A stretch of 64,000 bases of DNA from Octopus sinensis (Eukaryota), in assembly GCF_006345805.1 (NCBI RefSeq), contig NC_043013.1:27280001-27344000 (forward strand), given 5' to 3'. How positions within the stretch are numbered: position 1 is the first letter of the stretch; each line of letters begins with the position of its first letter. Positions 59,391-64,000 of this stretch are shown here, in pieces. The notes below the pieces were generated by a model. That model was not told the origin of the DNA and did no database searches. It worked only from the letters and a program-made list of their open reading frames with translations. The position numbers and the translations under genes were made by a program.

Positions 59391-60836
59391 AATAATAGTA
59401 GTAATAATAATTGTTTCAAATTTTGGCACAAGGCCAGCAATTTCTTAGTGGACAGTAGATAGCCATTAGACTTTGATACTTGACTGGTAAATTTACTTGA
59501 TCCACTTTGAAAGGATGAAAAGCAAAATTACCCTCTGCAGGATTCAAATAATATTATACTAAATAAATTTTTTAAAACCCCTAACCTTCTCCTTGAGAGT
59601 ATATCTACATTTCTGCAAAATACTGTGCTGAAGCCTTTTAGCATTCATACCCACCCTAAAAAGAAATATGTCATGTCTGTGATTTTATGATCAGTTTAGG
59701 CCAGAGTCTGTAATTTCTTCATTCCATTTGTTTCTTGTTGTGCTTTCTAGTCATCATTTTCTTTTTAATGTAATCAATATTTATAATATTGATTGATAGA
59801 ATTTTCTTTTTTTGTGGGTATGGTTTATAAAATTCAACATCAAACAAATAAACCTACTTGAAGGATTTTTTGTTTTTTTTAAATATCAGTTTTTGTATTC
59901 AACTTTTTAATGCATTCAGTCATATTTGTCCGTTTAGTTTGAGATACCTGAATCAATAACAGTAACCAAACAACCTCTTTGAAGTCGGCAGCCAGTTCCC
60001 CCCCCCCACTCCCTTCCCCGCAAGGCTCTAAGCTAGGGTCCAATAACCAGAACACTTTACTCACAAATTTTCTAGTCCATGTATCTGATGAAACATTACC
60101 TGTCTATATATATATATTATAATAAGCGAAAGCATGGCTGTGTGGTCAAGGAGCTTCCTTCCCAGCCACACAGTCGAGGGTTCAGTCCCACCGCATGGTA
60201 ACTTAGGGAAGTTTTCTTCTACCATAGCCCCAACATGACCAAACCCTTGTCAGTAGATTTGGTAGATGGAAACTGAAAGAAGCTTGTTGTATATATATAT
60301 ATATATAAAATAAACATAGGATTTCTATGTGAGCTATTATAAATTTCATGTTCCAGTTTGCATAGTGTGCCACGTACTTTCCTGAAAACTTCCAGGCTGA
60401 AAGATTTTGAGCCTCAAACATTGCAGGATAGTACATGGTACGCTACACAAGCTTGTCCAACTTACTGTACAGTCAGAGACTTACAGTAGCTCACAATTAA
60501 GTCCTGAGTTTGTTAAATGATATTTATCTCTCTCTGGTTGATACCACCAAGAACAGAACAAAATGAATGAATGAAGGTAGGTAGGTAGGGGCATGGTAAA
60601 GTGCAACCCGTAACCAAAGATCAAGCTTGGTATTGGGTTCCATATTCTAGTCCAATGTCCAGTGTAGTACACACTAAGTGAAGAGCAAGGCTGTATAATG
60701 TTTCTGCAACTGTTATTTACACCATTTTGCTGAGACACATGTTCTATAAAGCATCAAATACCATACTGCTTAATAATTATTAATTTTATAGATAGTGTAA
60801 AAGAAACTTCTAGCTGCTTATTGAGTTCAGAGGGCA

Positions 60837-61100
<264 letters not shown>

Positions 61101-62451
61101 AGTGTCTGTTGTTCTTCCTGTTGCATAGATTCATGCTGGTGTCGTCCATATACTTGGACACAGTCTTCAGTGGAATATTTGCAGTAGGTGTCTTTTGCTT
61201 CCTCGGCTTCTGTAAAATATCTGCTGAAGACCCATGTCCAAATTCTTTGACACTAGCATGAATCTAAGCCACAAAAGTAAAAATATGAGCAAAACCTATT
61301 CAGCTTTTTTAAGCCAGAGTAGAGAAGGATAAAAAGTTTCTAGCAACTTCCATCTTTAGCTAATTCACACAAAGTTTGATGGTGTGAATCTGTGTTCTCC
61401 CTTTCCTTATTTTTCAATGAAAAAGATTTCAATATTTTCATTCCTTAAAAAATTTATCTCTATAGAAAATTTCATTTAAGAAAATGCAGGGGGGGGGGGC
61501 TTAAATATGGAAAAGAATGAAGCCAAAGTTATTTTCCCTGTCTCATTCCCCAAACAAATATGAAAACAGATTTCATTTACAAAAAAAATGTATTCTTAAC
61601 TTTTGGCAAACTTTTTCTTATCTCTGTGATTGTAATAATAATAATAATAACAATAATAATAACAATAATACTGATAAAAAAAAATACACTTGAATGAAAC
61701 AAACCAAACAACAAATAAAATATAAATAAAAAATAAAATATTATATATTAGTAATCTATATATTGGTGGTTACTTGTGCAGCCTGTGGTCATTAGTTTAT
61801 TATGAGTGAATGGAAAAAAACAACAACATATTTAACTGTTTCAAAGTCACCATATACACTCACTCACTCACACACGTACATACATACATATATACATACT
61901 GTCATATATACGTAATCATGTTACTACCATAAATGAATGAATGCACTCAGATTTCGGTGCAGCAGCAGCAGCAGTAGCAATTATAAGCACCGGCTGTTTC
62001 TTAAGGAATATGGGTTTTGTGAAGAAAAAAAATATATATATTGAGATTCTCAGATCAGTTGCTTTTTTTTTTTTTTTTTCCTGTTCATTTTGTAAACATA
62101 TGTATACATAACAACACATACACTCCATGCTTCCTCCCTCCCTCTCTGTTCTTCTCCCACACCACCACCACCACCCCTTCCATTCATCTATTCCAGTCTT
62201 GTACATTGTATTCTTCTGATGTGAGGATCTGCTAGAAAGACTGCAGCAGCTAATTGACTACACAGCTGCTTCTTATGGGAATGGTCTTTTTAATTAAAAC
62301 AGATCATCGTTATAGTAATTGTGATCAGTGGCTCTTTATATATAGTACAGCATTACACAACTCACTGACCAAATAAAAGTGCTGAATCTGGTTGAAGGTT
62401 TTGTTTTGTTTCTTTTATTTCTATATGTATCTGTGTGTATTTATATGTGTG

Positions 62452-62820
62452 GAGATGCAATGGCCCAGTGGTTAGGGCAGCGGACTCATGGTCGTGGGAT
62501 CGCAGTTTCGATTCCCAGACTGGGCATTGAGAGCAAAAACACCTAAAGCTCTACGACACTCCGGCAGGGGGGTGGTGGCGAACCCTACTGTACTCTTTCA
62601 CCACAACTTTCTTTCACTCTTTCTTCCTGTTTCTGTTGTATCTGTATTTCAAAGGGCCAGCCTTGTCACACTCTGTGTAACACTGAATCTCCCCAAGAAC
62701 AACATTAAGGGTACACATGTCTGTGGAATGCTCAGCCGCTTGCACATTAATATCATGAGCAGGCTGTTCCGTTGATCGGATCAACTGGAACCCTCGTCGT
62801 CGTAATTAACAGAGTGCTAC
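62452..62820 (+). mobile_element. tRNA-derived SINE of a distinct family
   Basis: tggcccagtggttagg A box and tttcgattccc B-box-like motif followed by a body of about 290 bp. Confidence 0.65.
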
Positions 62821-62859
62821 GATTTATATGTATTTATATGAATGTGTGTGTGTGTATAT

Positions 62860-63182
62860 AGAAAATGGAGAGTTTGAATACAGCAAGATCACCTTGTTTA
62901 CATAACGCCTACGCTCGTTTCAATATCCACCTTCATTTATTTTACAATTAGCAATTGCATTATGAGTTCAGAAGGCAGAAATTTCTTCAGGGCCAAAATC
63001 GATCTATTTCTCTTTATATACTCTTAGATTGAGTATTCATTATCGACTAAGGTAGCAGCCTCTATGAGCGTGTGTATGTCAGCCTGGTTGTCTTTGGAGT
63101 TCTGTTCTAAAAAATAACCAAAATTTAAATTGACAGTTACGTAAATAAATTGATTTTGCTGTATTCAAACTCTCTATTTTCT
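62860..63182. mobile_element. Unclassified TIR element (TIRs of about 47 bp)
   Basis: agaaaatgggagagtttgaatacagcaagatc... and ...gattttgctgtattcaaactctctattttct are inverted repeats. Confidence 0.7.
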
Positions 63183-64000
63183 TTATATTATACTTCTAAA
63201 TTTATGTACACGTGTGGAATCAGATGGAAACGTCTATAGGAACTACTGTACCTCCATGTTGTGTATAGTACTGGTGTCTATTAAATACTAATGCAGAAAG
63301 ACAAATTCCAGTAAATTCACAGATATATGGATAAACCAGAAGCTTGGATGTAAGATACCCCTGGAAAGAGCAACCTCTTTCTTTACAAAACCTTATATAT
63401 ATATATATAGAGAGAGAGAGATGCATATGCTGTGTGCTTATTTATATTTTTTTATCTTTTACTTGTTTCAATCATTAGACTACGTCCATGCTGGGGCACA
63501 ATGTTGATGATGATTTATTACTTCTTAAATGGAGCTCAAAGAAGTTACTGTATTTTAAACCTGTTTATAATTTGCCATTCACCACTGCTGTGTGGCTAGG
63601 GCTAACCAAAGCCTTGGGAGAGGATTCAGTAGATGGAATCTTGAAGCTCATCGTATAAAAACATGTCTCCTTGTTTTGAAATTATATGATAGTTGTAAAT
63701 GAGTGTCACTGTCATACAAGCAGTGTCGTTCATTTCCAATATTCTGTGAAAACATGTCTGGTCATGAGGAAACAGATGGGGATGGGTGACAGGAAGGACA
63801 TCTGATCACAGAAAATCTGCTTTAATATAAACACCCTCCAGCCAATATAAGCTTGGGAAAGTGGACGTTAAAAGCAGTGAAACTGGAGTTTACGGCTGGA
63901 GAATTAGCAGTTTTGAGTCTTGAATAGAATTTGTTCCACAACTCCGTACTGCAAGTTCAAATCCTACTGGGTCAACTTTACCCTTTTGGAGTCAATAAAA

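Noticed and set aside
61141-61152. YMDD reverse-transcriptase-like motif on the minus strand
   Set aside because: It sits in a short frame with no other RT motifs, inside a foldback arm
62250-62295. Minus-strand TIPIRSSCVVN* resembling a CaaX-ending terminal exon
   Set aside because: Poor splice acceptor, atypical X residue and no supporting upstream exon in the window
62900-62940. Minus-strand GAAACGAGCGTA resembling hammerhead helix III plus GUA
   Set aside because: No CUGANGA core upstream, and it lies at the TIR edge of a DNA-type element

Overview
AT-rich, repeat-dense animal genomic DNA. The SINE/MITE content looks most like an Octopus-type coleoid cephalopod, judged from recalled similarity and not verified. 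The window holds the 3' part of one + strand gene, BAZ2B/toutatis. I traced 23 GT-AG coding exons by hand from 19269 to the TAA at 57896. They join in frame into about 1287 aa covering coiled coil, DDT, WHIM1, WHIM2/3, two PHD fingers and a bromodomain. I found no exon in 1-19268, so the 5' exons probably lie upstream of the window. The introns are packed with tRNA-derived SINEs, RTE-type LINE 3' fragments, piggyBac-, hAT- and mariner-type MITEs, microsatellites and two near-identical tandem duplications bounded by (TA)n tracts. The most unusual signal is a set of Penelope-type hammerhead ribozyme motifs. Candidates with an intact catalytic core lie antisense to BAZ2B (56741-56796, and 8869-8918 duplicated at 10361-10410). 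Every sense-strand copy I found has a core mutation. One candidate sits in a foldback element with two outward-reading hammerhead-like arms. Also notable are an apparently shifted splice donor adding 15 aa, a 6-copy hairpin minisatellite and a 29-bp intronic stem. All structural calls are by eye and untested.
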